IMG/VR virus record: IMGVR_UViG_3300048576_000272
Location: 1 to 24,125 of that record
Reading direction: 5' to 3' (one strand)
DNA: 24,125 nucleotides
DNA from: a virus
Lineage: Duplodnaviria > Caudoviricetes
Notes under the pieces: model-generated
Database searches by the model: none
The model's input: only the letters and a program-made list of their open reading frames with translations
What the model was told of the DNA's origin: nothing
Shown here: positions 15,200 to 24,125 of the stretch, piece after piece
Layout of the letters: each line of letters opens with the position of its first letter
Position numbering within the stretch: the first letter of the stretch is position 1
Position numbers and translations under genes: made by a program

Positions 15200-15400
15200 A
15201 TGCCGAGCTACCTCGTCAAAGAACCGCTCAAGCACGACGGCCAGGGCTACGCCCCCGGCGACAGCGTGGAAATGGACGCCAAGGCAGCGCGCGAGCTGCT
15301 GGGCCTGGGCGTGCTTGGCCCCGTGACCAAGACCAAGGCCAAGGCCGAGGACAAGGCCGCTGACGCCGGAACCCCGGCTGAAGCCGAGGAAGGAAAGTAG
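15200..15400 (+). CDS. Small head-associated hypothetical protein (gp35 position)
   Basis: AGGAGG SD; YLVKEPLKHDG..Y.PGDSVEM motif common after the MCP. Confidence 0.75.
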   Translation: MPSYLVKEPLKHDGQGYAPGDSVEMDAKAARELLGLGVLGPVTKTKAKAEDKAADAGTPAEAEEGK

Positions 15401-15402
15401 CC

Positions 15403-15828
15403 ATGGCCTACGCCACCAGCTCGGACATGGCCGCCCGGTTCGGCTTGCAGGAGGTGATAGCCCTCACCGACCGGGAAAACACCGGCGACGTGGACGAGAC
15501 CGTGCTGGGCGCGGCCCTGACCGAGGCCACGGCCGAGGTCGAGGGCCACCTGGCCGGGAGGTACGCCCTGCCGCTGGAGCAGGCGCCGCAGCTGGTGGTT
15601 GGCCTCGTGTGCGACATCGCCCGGTACCGGCTGTGCGGGGCAAGCGCCCTGGAGACCGACGCCGTGCGCAACCGCTACCGCGACGCCGTGCGCATGCTGG
15701 AAATGATCGGCGCGGGCAAGGTCAGCCTGGGGCTTACCCCGGCCGGACAGCCCGCGCCCAGCTCCGGCGGCGTGCAGGTGCGGCCCGGGGAGCGCAGCTT
15801 CCCCCCCGGCAGCCTGAAGGACTGGTGA
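15403..15828 (+). CDS. Head-tail connector (Mu gp36/gpJ, DUF1320)
   Basis: MAYAT..DM..RFG, L.GRYALPL, CDIARYRL, RYRDAVR.L..I.AGKVSLG. Confidence 0.92.
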   Translation: MAYATSSDMAARFGLQEVIALTDRENTGDVDETVLGAALTEATAEVEGHLAGRYALPLEQAPQLVVGLVCDIARYRLCGASALETDAVRNRYRDAVRMLEMIGAGKVSLGLTPAGQPAPSSGGVQVRPGERSFPPGSLKDW

Positions 15829-15832
15829 GGCC

Positions 15833-16453
15833 ATGAACCTGACCCTTGAAGTCATCGAGGACGCCATCAAGGCGCGCATCATCGCCGCCAGTGCCTCCGG
15901 CGAGCTGGGCTACCGCATCAAGTCCGTGGCCACCTACGCGGGCGAGTTCGACGATGCGGCCAGCCTGGCCGAGGTGATCCGCGCCCTGCCGGGCGTGTGG
16001 GTGGTGCTGGACAGCTGCGGCAAGCCGGAGCGCAAAGGCCCGGACAAGTGGAAGGTGCCCGTCACCTTCGCCGTCATGGTGGGCGCGCGCAGCGCCCGCA
16101 GCGCGGAGGCGGCCCGCAAGGGCGTGCACACGGCCCACGGCTTTGAGCCGGGCAGCTACCGGATGATGGAGGACATGCTGGACCTGTTCCTGGGGCAGGA
16201 CCTGGGCCTGGCCATGGACCCGCTCATGCCCGGCGAGTCCGTCACCGTGTACCAGACGCGCGTGGCCAGCCAGGGGCTCTCCGTGCTGGGCATACGCCTG
16301 CACACGCATTTTCTCCGGGTGGGCCGCAACACCCGGGATGCCCTGGCCGCGCCGGAGCTGAAGACCGTGGGCATCAACTACTACCTGAAACCGGGTGACG
16401 ACATACCCGACGCCACCGACCTGGTGCAGTTCGGTGGGGAGGAAGAATCATGA
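15833..16453 (+). CDS. Tail terminator / head-tail joining protein (Mu gp37/gpK, DUF1834)
   Basis: IEDAI..RI, V.TY.GEFD, LP.VWV, LGQDLGL...PL.PG; synteny. Confidence 0.85.
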   Translation: MNLTLEVIEDAIKARIIAASASGELGYRIKSVATYAGEFDDAASLAEVIRALPGVWVVLDSCGKPERKGPDKWKVPVTFAVMVGARSARSAEAARKGVHTAHGFEPGSYRMMEDMLDLFLGQDLGLAMDPLMPGESVTVYQTRVASQGLSVLGIRLHTHFLRVGRNTRDALAAPELKTVGINYYLKPGDDIPDATDLVQFGGEEES

Positions 16454-16668
16454 AAGTGAAAGCCGCAACCGGCCTGCGTGTGCCCAAGGAAAGCAAGCCG
16501 CGCCAGTACATCACCGACGCCGAGTCCGTGGAGGTTCCCGGAAGCGCCTACTACCTGCGCAGCGTGGCCATTGGCGACCTGGTGCGCACGGACGTGGCCA
16601 CGGAAACGGCCGCGACCACGCCCAAGTCCCAGAAGGCCGCCACGGCCGCCACCCAGGCCCCGGAATAA
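16450..16668 (+). CDS. Mu gp38-like protein (DUF2635)
   Basis: MKVKAA.GLRVPKE.KPR.YITD...VEVP.SAYY.R....GDLV. Confidence 0.88.
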   Translation: MKVKAATGLRVPKESKPRQYITDAESVEVPGSAYYLRSVAIGDLVRTDVATETAATTPKSQKAATAATQAPE

Positions 16669-16678
16669 GGAGGACCCC

Positions 16679-18103
16679 ATGGCCAGCAAGAATATCTCCT
16701 TCGACAAGATCGCCGGCTCCATCCGCAAGCCGGGCAAGTACTTCGAGTTCAATACCAAATTGGCAGTGCACAACCTGCCCGCCAACACCCAGGAGCTGCT
16801 GGTCATCGGCCAGCGCCTGGCTTCCGGCAACGTGGCGGCCATGGTGCCCACGCTGGTGTTCAGCGACGCAGAGGCGGCAACGTACTTCGGGGCGGGCAGC
16901 ATACTGCACCGCATGGTGCGCGCCGCCATCAAGGCCAACGCGTACCTGTCCCTGACTTGCCTTGCGGTCGAGGACGCCACAGCGGGCATCGCCGCCATCG
17001 GCGGTCTGGCGCTCACCGGCACGGCCACCGGCTCCGGCGTGGCCACCCTGAAAGTGGGCAAGGATCTGATTCAGGTCGCGGTGGACAGCGGCGACACCGC
17101 CTCCGAGGTGGCCACCGCGCTGGTGGCCCAGGTTGCGCAGCAGCTGGACCTTCCGGTGGCCATCACTGCCGCCCAGACCGCGCTCACCATCACGGCCAAG
17201 CACAAGGGTACCCTGGGCAATGCCATCGCTTTGTCCTTCACCAGCACGGCGTCCGGCCTCGCTGGCGTTGTGACAGCCATGACCGGCGGCCAAGTGGACC
17301 CGGATATCACCGGGGCCCTGGCTCTTGTGGCCGGGGCGGGCCACACCATCATCCTCTGCCCGTACACGGACGAAACCAACCTGACCGCCCTGCGCACCCA
17401 CCTGGACTTCACGGGCGGCCCGATGGAGCAACGCGGAGCCACGGCCTACTACGCGCAGACAGGCAGCATCGCCAGCGCCACGACGCTGGCCGCCAAGATC
17501 AACAACGGCCGCGTGGTGGGCGCGCTGTTGCGCGGCTCGCGCAGCCTGCCCTGGGAAATCGCCGCGGCCCTGGGCGCGGTGGCGGCCAGCGAGGAAGACC
17601 CCGCCATGCCGCTGAACACGCTGGCGCTGGCCGACATTGACGTGCCGGACGTGGCCGACCGCCTGATGCGCACTGAGCAGGAAGTGCTGCTGCACAACGG
17701 CGTGACCCCGCTTGAGGTGGGGCCGGACAACAACAGCGTGCAGATCGTCCGCGCCATCACCACTTACCAGGTCAACGACGTGGGCGTGGATGACGAGAGC
17801 CTGCTCGACGTCACCAGCATCCGCACCCTGGACTACACCCGCAAGGCCATGCGCGAGCGCATCTCGTTGCGCTTCCCCCGCGCCAAGCTCTCCGAACGCA
17901 CCCCGGCCAAGGTCCGCAGCGAGCTGCTCGACGTGGCCTACATTCTGGATGACTTGGAGATTTTGGAAAACGTGGAACTGTACAAGGACTACCTCATCTG
18001 CGAGCGCGACCTTCAGTCCGCAACCCGCCTGGATGCGCGGATTCCTGCGGACGTGGTGAACGGCCTGCACGTGTTCGCCGCGCGCATCGACATGTTCCTG
18101 TAA
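16679..18103 (+). CDS. Contractile tail sheath protein (Mu gpL)
   Basis: AAGGAGG SD, ATG 16679; ISFD.I..SIRKPGKYFEFNT, EEDPA.PLNTL, LL.NGVTPL, VRAITTY, VVNGLHVFAARID. Confidence 0.95.
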   Translation: MASKNISFDKIAGSIRKPGKYFEFNTKLAVHNLPANTQELLVIGQRLASGNVAAMVPTLVFSDAEAATYFGAGSILHRMVRAAIKANAYLSLTCLAVEDATAGIAAIGGLALTGTATGSGVATLKVGKDLIQVAVDSGDTASEVATALVAQVAQQLDLPVAITAAQTALTITAKHKGTLGNAIALSFTSTASGLAGVVTAMTGGQVDPDITGALALVAGAGHTIILCPYTDETNLTALRTHLDFTGGPMEQRGATAYYAQTGSIASATTLAAKINNGRVVGALLRGSRSLPWEIAAALGAVAASEEDPAMPLNTLALADIDVPDVADRLMRTEQEVLLHNGVTPLEVGPDNNSVQIVRAITTYQVNDVGVDDESLLDVTSIRTLDYTRKAMRERISLRFPRAKLSERTPAKVRSELLDVAYILDDLEILENVELYKDYLICERDLQSATRLDARIPADVVNGLHVFAARIDMFL

Positions 18104-18137
18104 CCGCCAAACCGGCGTTTAACGGAGGTTCAACGCA

Positions 18138-18509
18138 ATGAGCACTGATTATGTGGGCGCCATCGTCCTGTCGGTCAACGGCGCGGACTACGACGTGGAG
18201 TCCATGGACACTACGGACAAGACCGGCCGCAAGGTGGTCAAGACCATGAACCGCCTTGGCCGCCCGAAAGGCACGGCGAACGGCATCAAGGAATTCAGCC
18301 TCAAGGTCACGGTGGCCATTCCCGCCACGGGCGAGCCGGACTGGTGGAACCTGAAGGACGCCAAGCTGACCATTGAGCCCCTGGACAACGCCGCCGCCAC
18401 GGTCACGTACTCCGGCTGCGCCGTGGAGGAAGTGGGCAGCAAGTACGTGGTGGACGGCGAGGCCAAGCGCGACCTGACCCTGCACGCCCTGAACCGGGTG
18501 GAGGAATAG
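18138..18509 (+). CDS. Tail tube protein
   Basis: GGAGG SD; YVGAIVL.VNG, TGRK.VKTMN; 123 aa directly after the sheath. Confidence 0.85.
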   Translation: MSTDYVGAIVLSVNGADYDVESMDTTDKTGRKVVKTMNRLGRPKGTANGIKEFSLKVTVAIPATGEPDWWNLKDAKLTIEPLDNAAATVTYSGCAVEEVGSKYVVDGEAKRDLTLHALNRVEE

Positions 18510-18511
18510 GC

Positions 18512-19018
18512 ATGCACGACATCCTCGCCAAGCTGAAGGCCAGCGGGTCGACAATCCGCCGCGTGAGCCTGCCCCGCAAGGAGGGCGACGGCCCGGAGCT
18601 GGGCCTGCGCATCCTTACCGAGGCCGACTACCTGGAAGCCGGGCTGTGTGCCCTGGACGCCCTGCGCGCCCGGGGCCACGAGGACGCCAACCTGGCCAAC
18701 TCCGAGCTGTTCGAGGGCGCCAAAGTGACGGAGCTGCTGGCCCGGGCGCTGGTGGACCCGGCCGAGGGCAAGCCCCTGGCCAAGGACGCCTCCGAGCTGC
18801 GCGGCGTGCTTTCCCGCGCGGACAAGGTGTTCCTCATCGACCAGTACCTGGATTTCGAGCGGGAATACGCCCCCTCGGAAATCAACATGGACGGCGAGGC
18901 CTTTGCCGAGCTGCTGGCCGAGGTAAAAAAAAATCCCGCGACGCCGCGTTTGAGCGATTCCAGTTCCGCCACGCTGAAAAGGCTCGTGCAGTCTTTGGCC
19001 GCGCCGGAAGGGATTTGA
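18512..19018 (+). CDS. Tail assembly chaperone (gpG-type, unshifted product)
   Basis: Between tube and TMP; contains slippery A9 run at 18925-18933. Confidence 0.8.
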   Translation: MHDILAKLKASGSTIRRVSLPRKEGDGPELGLRILTEADYLEAGLCALDALRARGHEDANLANSELFEGAKVTELLARALVDPAEGKPLAKDASELRGVLSRADKVFLIDQYLDFEREYAPSEINMDGEAFAELLAEVKKNPATPRLSDSSSATLKRLVQSLAAPEGI

Positions 19019-19164
19019 CGCGCGGCGAATGGCTGTACCTGCTGGGCATGGCCCTGGCGGAGATTGAGGACGCCAAGGCCGCCGCGGATGACGGCGCGAC
19101 GAAACGCTTTGTGGCCACCAGGCGCAAGCATAAACCGAACACCAGCAAGAGGCCCCGACCGTGA
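18512..19164 (+). CDS. Tail assembly chaperone GT-type fusion via -1 programmed frameshift at about 18925-18933
   Basis: GTA AAA AAA AAT gives an A-AAA-AAA heptamer; the -1 frame is open to TGA 19162-19164, which overlaps the TMP GTG. Confidence 0.72.
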
Positions 19165-21014
19165 GCAGCAATCTGCAACTCTACATGCGCCTGAATTGGG
19201 ACGGCAGCCGTGCGGCCGCCGGCCTGAACCAGGCCTCCGCGCAGGTGAAGCGCTTTGCGGACGGGGCCTCCAAACAGTTGAGCGGAGTCCGCAAGACCAT
19301 GAGCGCCATGTCCGCAGACTTTGGCGGGGTCTCGAACATCACTCGCCTTGTGGGGGCTTACGCCGGGCTGCAAACGGCGCGGGAGGCCATGGCCAAGAAC
19401 ATGGATTTCGACAAGATCATGCTGGAATCGAAACAGCTTGCGGAAATGACCGAGGCACAATCGGCGCGCATGCGCTCCCTGGCCCTGGAACTCTCGAAGG
19501 CCAATCTCGCCACGCCGCTGGAGAACGCGGACGCCATCCGCACCTTGGCTAACGCCGGCATGAAGTACGAGGAGATCGAGGAGACGCTGAAGCGCCTTGG
19601 CCCGGCGGCCGCCGCCTTCCGCTCCAGCATGAAGGAAATGGCGGACCTGGATTATGACCTCATCACGAAGTTCCGCATAGACCCGAAGCAGCTCGATGAG
19701 CTGCACAACATGGTTTACTACCACGCCAAGGCCGGGCGTTTTGAGGCCAAGGCCATCAGCTCTTTTGCGCCGCAGTACCTGGCGGCCACAAGCCTCATGG
19801 GCATCAGCGCCTCCCAGGGCATGAATTTCACCGGCGGGCTTTTGCAGGCCCTTCAGAAGATCAAGCCGCAAACGAATCCCGGCGAGGTGGTGACTCTCAT
19901 CGAACACGGCCTGTCTCATCTCATCAACCCGCGCGAGACCAAGCACCTCAAGCAAGTTACGGGCATCGACATCAAGAAGTTTGCGCCTAACGGCAAATTC
20001 GCGGGTGAGGACGGGCTTCAGGGCCTGTTCGGACTGGTTGAGGCCATGCGCAAGGCTGGTCTGCACAAGGACCAGTACAAGCTGGCGTCAGTATTCCGCG
20101 ACGCCTACGAGCGGCAGTTCTGGACCGTCGTCTTAAAGGACTTCGACGCCATCAAGGCGGCCATGCAACAGGCCTCGCTGGCTTCAAAGGCCAATCAGAT
20201 AGGCAAGGACTACGCCGAGATCATGACCCATGATTACGCCAAGTCCCAGCTTGTGGACAATGCGCTTGAACGCGCCAAGCAGAGCCGGGCCGTTACGGCC
20301 GGCGTCAACATCTGGACCGCGCTCAAGGGCTTTGCCGTTGAAAATCCCCTGCAAGCGCTGATGCTTGGCGGCGGCTTGGTGCTGGGCGGCAAGATGCTTT
20401 ACGGGCGCATGGCCAAGGGCAAAGGGGGCGCAGCCGGCGGCATGGCCGACGCGGCCATGGGCCTGGCCGGCGTGCAGCGTGTGTTCGTGGTGAACATGCC
20501 CGGAGCGGGCGGTATGGGCGGCGGGCAGCTGGCCCTGCCCCCGGGTGCCGGATGGAGCCCGGAGCAAGCGGCCAAGGCGGCCAGATGGAAGAACGCCCTT
20601 GGCGCTGCCAAGAGCACCGCCCTTGTCGGGGGGGCCTTCACCGCCGCCACCACCGGGCTTGAGGCCTACAACGTGTACAAAGACACCCAGCTGAACGCCG
20701 AGGCCAAGAAGACAGAGTACGGGCGCATTGCTGGCGGCGCGGCCGGTGAGATCGGCGGCATGGTCATCGGCGGCATGATCGGCTCACTTGCGGGGCCGGC
20801 GGGAACGGTCATCGGCGCTTCCATCGCCGGGGCAATCGGAAAGCATCTCGGCGAGTGGGCAGGAAAGGAGCTTGCGACCAGCAGCCCTTCGGGCGGGGCA
20901 ATGGCGCAGGGAATGGTCATCCGAAACGTGCTCGACATCCATCTGGACGGCGACCGCATCTATCGGAACACCTTTGATAAGGCGGCGCGCGAGTCGCTGC
21001 GCGGGGCGTGGTGA
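19161..21014 (+). CDS. Tail tape measure protein
   Basis: 617 aa, helical, Ala/Gly-rich; AGRFE motif, VQRVFVVNMP, GGMIGSLAGPAGTVIGASIAGAIG; position after the chaperones. Confidence 0.9.
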   Translation: MSSNLQLYMRLNWDGSRAAAGLNQASAQVKRFADGASKQLSGVRKTMSAMSADFGGVSNITRLVGAYAGLQTAREAMAKNMDFDKIMLESKQLAEMTEAQSARMRSLALELSKANLATPLENADAIRTLANAGMKYEEIEETLKRLGPAAAAFRSSMKEMADLDYDLITKFRIDPKQLDELHNMVYYHAKAGRFEAKAISSFAPQYLAATSLMGISASQGMNFTGGLLQALQKIKPQTNPGEVVTLIEHGLSHLINPRETKHLKQVTGIDIKKFAPNGKFAGEDGLQGLFGLVEAMRKAGLHKDQYKLASVFRDAYERQFWTVVLKDFDAIKAAMQQASLASKANQIGKDYAEIMTHDYAKSQLVDNALERAKQSRAVTAGVNIWTALKGFAVENPLQALMLGGGLVLGGKMLYGRMAKGKGGAAGGMADAAMGLAGVQRVFVVNMPGAGGMGGGQLALPPGAGWSPEQAAKAARWKNALGAAKSTALVGGAFTAATTGLEAYNVYKDTQLNAEAKKTEYGRIAGGAAGEIGGMVIGGMIGSLAGPAGTVIGASIAGAIGKHLGEWAGKELATSSPSGGAMAQGMVIRNVLDIHLDGDRIYRNTFDKAARESLRGAW

Positions 21015-21019
21015 TAGCC

Positions 21020-22234
21020 ATGGCCTGGGAAGATACCATGCACGACGCCAAGTGGCGCGATGTCGTCTTTGACTGCCAACTGGCGGACGACGACGGCGAA
21101 CGGCACGCGGCGGAGCACACCCGCCCCTTTGTGGACGGCGCGAAGATGGAAGACCTGGGGCGGGGCGCGCGGCGCATCCGCATGAAGGCCATCTTCTTCG
21201 GCGACGACTACGAGGAAAAGCTGAGAAAGTTCGTCGACGCGCTGGAGATCCCCGGCGAGGGCGACCTGGTGCATCCGGTGTTCGGGCCGCTCAAGGCCCA
21301 GGTGCTGCCCTGGCACATCCACCACGAGGCCGAGCTTGTGGATCAGGCCGAGGTGGAGGTGTCCTTTGCGGAAAGCGCCCTGGCTACGCCCATTTTCGCG
21401 GAGGCCAAGCCGAAGCAAAAGGCGGCGGCAGTTGCCGCCAAGTCCTCCACCGCGCGCAGCGCCGCGGCGGACGTGCTGGCCAAGGCCGCGGCCGCCTGCA
21501 AAAAGGCCATGGCCATGAGCCGCGCGGGGTTGCGCGTCATCGCCGAGCTGAAGGCCATGGTCGATTCCGCCACCACCAGCGGCTCGGGCATATTGAGCCT
21601 GCCGCGCGTGTGGGCCACGGACGTGGCCAGCCTCATCGGCAGCATTGTGGACCTCAAAAGCGGCGGGGCTTCCGCCCTGGCCGACTTCAAGGCCGCGTAT
21701 TCCATCCTGACCGGGGCGATCCTGTCGCTGACCGGCACGGGCTCCGGCAGCGGCGACGGGAATTCGGACGCCGCCCTGCCGCTCACTTCCGGGGAAGAGC
21801 TGGAGCAGGTGCGCGCCCATGTGGAGCTGGAGCGCGCGCTCGGCGTTGCCGAAGCCGCCCAGGCCGTGCTGGAGGCCGAGGCCGAAACGCCCACCCTCAC
21901 CCCGGCGGAAGTCGAGGCCGTGGCCGCGCAGACGCGCAAGCTGATCCAGGCCCGCATAGACGACTACCGCGGGCTGTTCGGGCTGGAGGATTCGCGCCCG
22001 GTTGTGGAGGCCCTGAAGGACGTGGCCGCCGCCGTGCAGCAGGCCGCCGCCGCCATTCTGGAAGCCCGGCCGCCGTTGGTGGCGCACACCGTGGCCGCGC
22101 GCACCTGCCCGCGCCTGCTGGCTCATCAGATTTACGGCGACCACACCCGGGCCGGAGAGATTGTGCGGCTGAACACCCTGGCCGACCCCAACTTTTTGAC
22201 CGTCGGGACGGTGCTCCGTGTCTACGCAGAATAA
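21020..22234 (+). CDS. DNA circulation protein (Mu gpN-like)
   Basis: AW..TM.DA.WR.V.F, EH.RPFVDGA..EDLGR.AR, G.LVHPVFG, C-terminal LLAH..YGD.TRA.EI.RLN. Confidence 0.9.
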   Translation: MAWEDTMHDAKWRDVVFDCQLADDDGERHAAEHTRPFVDGAKMEDLGRGARRIRMKAIFFGDDYEEKLRKFVDALEIPGEGDLVHPVFGPLKAQVLPWHIHHEAELVDQAEVEVSFAESALATPIFAEAKPKQKAAAVAAKSSTARSAAADVLAKAAAACKKAMAMSRAGLRVIAELKAMVDSATTSGSGILSLPRVWATDVASLIGSIVDLKSGGASALADFKAAYSILTGAILSLTGTGSGSGDGNSDAALPLTSGEELEQVRAHVELERALGVAEAAQAVLEAEAETPTLTPAEVEAVAAQTRKLIQARIDDYRGLFGLEDSRPVVEALKDVAAAVQQAAAAILEARPPLVAHTVAARTCPRLLAHQIYGDHTRAGEIVRLNTLADPNFLTVGTVLRVYAE

Positions 22235-23414
22235 GGCGCAGGCCAAGAGCTGGCAGCCGGAGGCCGAACGCGTGGCGCTCCTGGTGGGCGGCAAGGCGCA
22301 GGACCAATGGCAGAGCTACGAGGTGGACTCGGACCTGTTGACCCCGGCGGACGCCTGGCGCGTGCGCCTGGGCCTGCCGCTCGATGACGCGGGCGCGGCC
22401 TCCATACCTTCGGAGCTGGTGCCCGGGGCGGAGGCGCAACTGCGCATCGGCGGCGAGCTGGTGATGACCGGCCGCATCGACGACATGCGCCTGCGCGTGG
22501 ACAAGCGCGCCCACAGCCTGGAAATCACCGGGCGCGACGGCGCGGCGGCCCTGCTCGACTGTTCGGCCCCGCTGGTGGGCGGGCGCAAGCTCACCCTGGA
22601 GGAGATCCTCGTCAAGGTGGTGCGGCCGCTGGGCGTTACCAAAGTGCGCCTGGCCATGGCCAAGGGCGTGGCCCGCCAGCGCGAAAAGGTGACCGTGGAG
22701 CCCGGCGACACCGCCTGGGACACCCTGGCCCACGTGGCCGAGGCCAACGGAGTGTGGCCCTGGATGGACCCGGACGGAACGCTGGTCATCGGCGGGCCGG
22801 ACTATACCGACGCCACCAACCCGGCCGTAGCCACCCTGTGCCTGGCCGCGCGCAAGGCGGGCGAGGCCGGCGTCACCAACGTGGCCGGCATGGAGCTGCG
22901 CCGCTCCGTGGCGGAGCGGTACAGCATCGTCACCGTGCTGGGGCAAACCCACGGCACCGAGGAGACCGAAGGCAAGCGCGGGCTCAAGTCCTCCGCCGTG
23001 GACCCGGACCTGGAGGCCGTGTGGTCCCGCCGCAAGATCATCACCGACTACGAGGCCGACAGCGTGGCCGTGTGCCGCTCGCGCGCGCAAAAGCTCCTGG
23101 CGGACAGCCGCCTGCGCGGCTTTGAGCTGCGGGTGGAGGTGCAGGGCCACCGCATCAACGCACCTGCCATGCCCGGCCACGGCAAGCTGTGGACGCCCGG
23201 CCAGCGGGTGCAGGTCATCGCCCCGGCCGTTGGCCTTATGGGCACGTATTTTCTCATGGCGCGCACGTTCACCCTGTCGCCGGCGGAGGGCACCGTAACC
23301 CGGCTTTCCCTGCGGGAGGACAAGGTGTGGATTCTGGAAGCGCATCCGCACAGGCGCAAGCACCGCAAAGGCAAGCATTACGCCCCGGAAGTCGGCTCGG
23401 AGGTCTCCGAATGA
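22218..23414 (+). CDS. Baseplate hub protein (Mu gpP/gp44-like)
   Basis: W.SYEVDSDLLTPADAW, VMTGRID, GRD.AA.LLDCSAP, VEPG.TAWD, V.GHR....LWTPGQRV. Confidence 0.92.
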   Translation: MSTQNKAQAKSWQPEAERVALLVGGKAQDQWQSYEVDSDLLTPADAWRVRLGLPLDDAGAASIPSELVPGAEAQLRIGGELVMTGRIDDMRLRVDKRAHSLEITGRDGAAALLDCSAPLVGGRKLTLEEILVKVVRPLGVTKVRLAMAKGVARQREKVTVEPGDTAWDTLAHVAEANGVWPWMDPDGTLVIGGPDYTDATNPAVATLCLAARKAGEAGVTNVAGMELRRSVAERYSIVTVLGQTHGTEETEGKRGLKSSAVDPDLEAVWSRRKIITDYEADSVAVCRSRAQKLLADSRLRGFELRVEVQGHRINAPAMPGHGKLWTPGQRVQVIAPAVGLMGTYFLMARTFTLSPAEGTVTRLSLREDKVWILEAHPHRRKHRKGKHYAPEVGSEVSE

Positions 23415-23977
23415 AGAAGCTCGTCATGGATTGCGTGCGCCAAGCCCTGGCCGGGGTGCGCCAGGCGTACCGCGCCAGGCTGACCTCCCGCTCGGACGGA
23501 GCCGGCGTGCAGCTGGTGCAGGGCGAGGCCCTGGCCGACGAGGTTTTGCAGGCGGGCGAGCTGTTTCAGCAGTTCGGCTTCACCTCCGCGCCCCCGGCGG
23601 GCACCCAGCTCATCGTGCTGCCCCTGGGCGGACGCACCGCGCACAGCGTGGTCATCGCCACGGAAAACGGCGCGTACCGCGTGGACGTGAGTGGCGGCGA
23701 GGCCTGCATCTACAACATGTGGGGCGACAAGGTGCATTTGAAGCAGGAGCGCATCGAGGTGGAGACAAAGACTTTTCAAGTGACGGCCACGGAACAGGTG
23801 CTCTTCAAAACGCCCGCGTTCAACATGGTCGGCCCGGACGGCGGCACAACCGCCGCCAGCGTCGGCGGCAGCCTGCATGCCTCCGGCGACATGACCGCCG
23901 GGGCGGTGAGCCTGCGCGGCCACGTGCACCCGGAAAACGACAACGGCGGACCGACCGGCGCGCCCGTGGGAGGCTAG
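23411..23977 (+). CDS. Baseplate spike protein (Mu gp45/gpQ-like)
   Basis: ATG 23411 overlapping the gpP stop; ELFQQFGFTS.PPAG, PLGGRT.H.VVIATE; C-terminal H-x-H (GHVHPE) metal-binding tip. Confidence 0.92.
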   Translation: MKKLVMDCVRQALAGVRQAYRARLTSRSDGAGVQLVQGEALADEVLQAGELFQQFGFTSAPPAGTQLIVLPLGGRTAHSVVIATENGAYRVDVSGGEACIYNMWGDKVHLKQERIEVETKTFQVTATEQVLFKTPAFNMVGPDGGTTAASVGGSLHASGDMTAGAVSLRGHVHPENDNGGPTGAPVGG

Positions 23978-23978
23978 C

Positions 23979-24125
23979 GTGGACGCACTCCTCGACCCTA
24001 CCACCGGCGGCTACGTGCTGACCGCAGGCGCGCTGACCCCGGACCCGGCGCGCGGCCTGGCCAACGCGGTCTATCTGCGGCTCATGACGCCGCTGGGCAG
24101 CTATTGGGCCGACGCCACGCTCGGT
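23979..24125 (+). CDS. Mu gp46-like baseplate wedge protein, 5' part (truncated by the window)
   Basis: GGGAGG SD, GTG 23979: MDALLDPTTGGYV...LANAVYLRLMTPLGSYWADATLG. Confidence 0.85.
   Translation, partial: MDALLDPTTGGYVLTAGALTPDPARGLANAVYLRLMTPLGSYWADATLG

Larger units (their letters stand above)
1..24125 (+). mobile_element. Mu-like transposable (pro)phage, middle/lysis/head/tail region; both ends lie outside the window
   Basis: Continuous co-oriented gene array matching Mu order: gemA-mor-lysis-gp25/26/27-terL-portal-F-G-I/Z-capsid-gp36/37/38-sheath-tube-chaperone-TMP-N-P-gp45-gp46. Confidence 0.96.

Noticed and set aside
12698-15235. 845-aa minus-strand ORF (also 5533-7404, 7546-8829, 16511-18070, 20960-22294, 21897-23378)
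   Set aside because: Antisense shadows of GC-rich genuine + strand genes; no recognisable motifs or SD
1-24125. CRISPR array, IS element, diversity-generating retroelement, att sites or Mu ends
   Set aside because: No regular repeat-spacer units, transposase, reverse transcriptase or terminal repeats seen; the phage ends are outside the window

Overview
This window is the middle-to-late region of a Mu-like (transposable, contractile-tailed) prophage or phage with a GC-rich backbone; every supported protein-coding gene is on the + strand. Gene order follows Mu: end of the early/middle region (GemA/gp16-like, Mor/C-like activator), lysis (holin, SLT endolysin, Rz with embedded Rz1), gp25/26-like genes, small and large terminase, portal, MuF, gpG-like, protease/scaffold, capsid decoration, major capsid, head-tail joining, sheath, tube, a frameshifted tail chaperone, tape measure, gpN, gpP, gp45 and the start of gp46. 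Three accessory inserts interrupt it: an AT-rich soluble protein plus 4-TM protein pair with a RexAB-like layout (1389-2820), an 87-aa ORF between portal and MuF, and an AT-rich membrane-anchored pentapeptide-repeat gene between gpG and gpI. The most striking feature is at 10485-10656. MuF carries a C-terminal BECR-like putative RNase extension with no immunity ORF after it. Instead there is a convergent minus-strand structured RNA with a TTGACA-17-TATATG promoter, a 9-bp closing stem, two GNRA tetraloops, a 6-bp pseudoknot and a 3' hairpin, which is a candidate RNA antitoxin or RNA partner. Two late promoters share an activator dyad and identical spacing to their -10 boxes. All family assignments come from motif recognition and synteny, not database searches.
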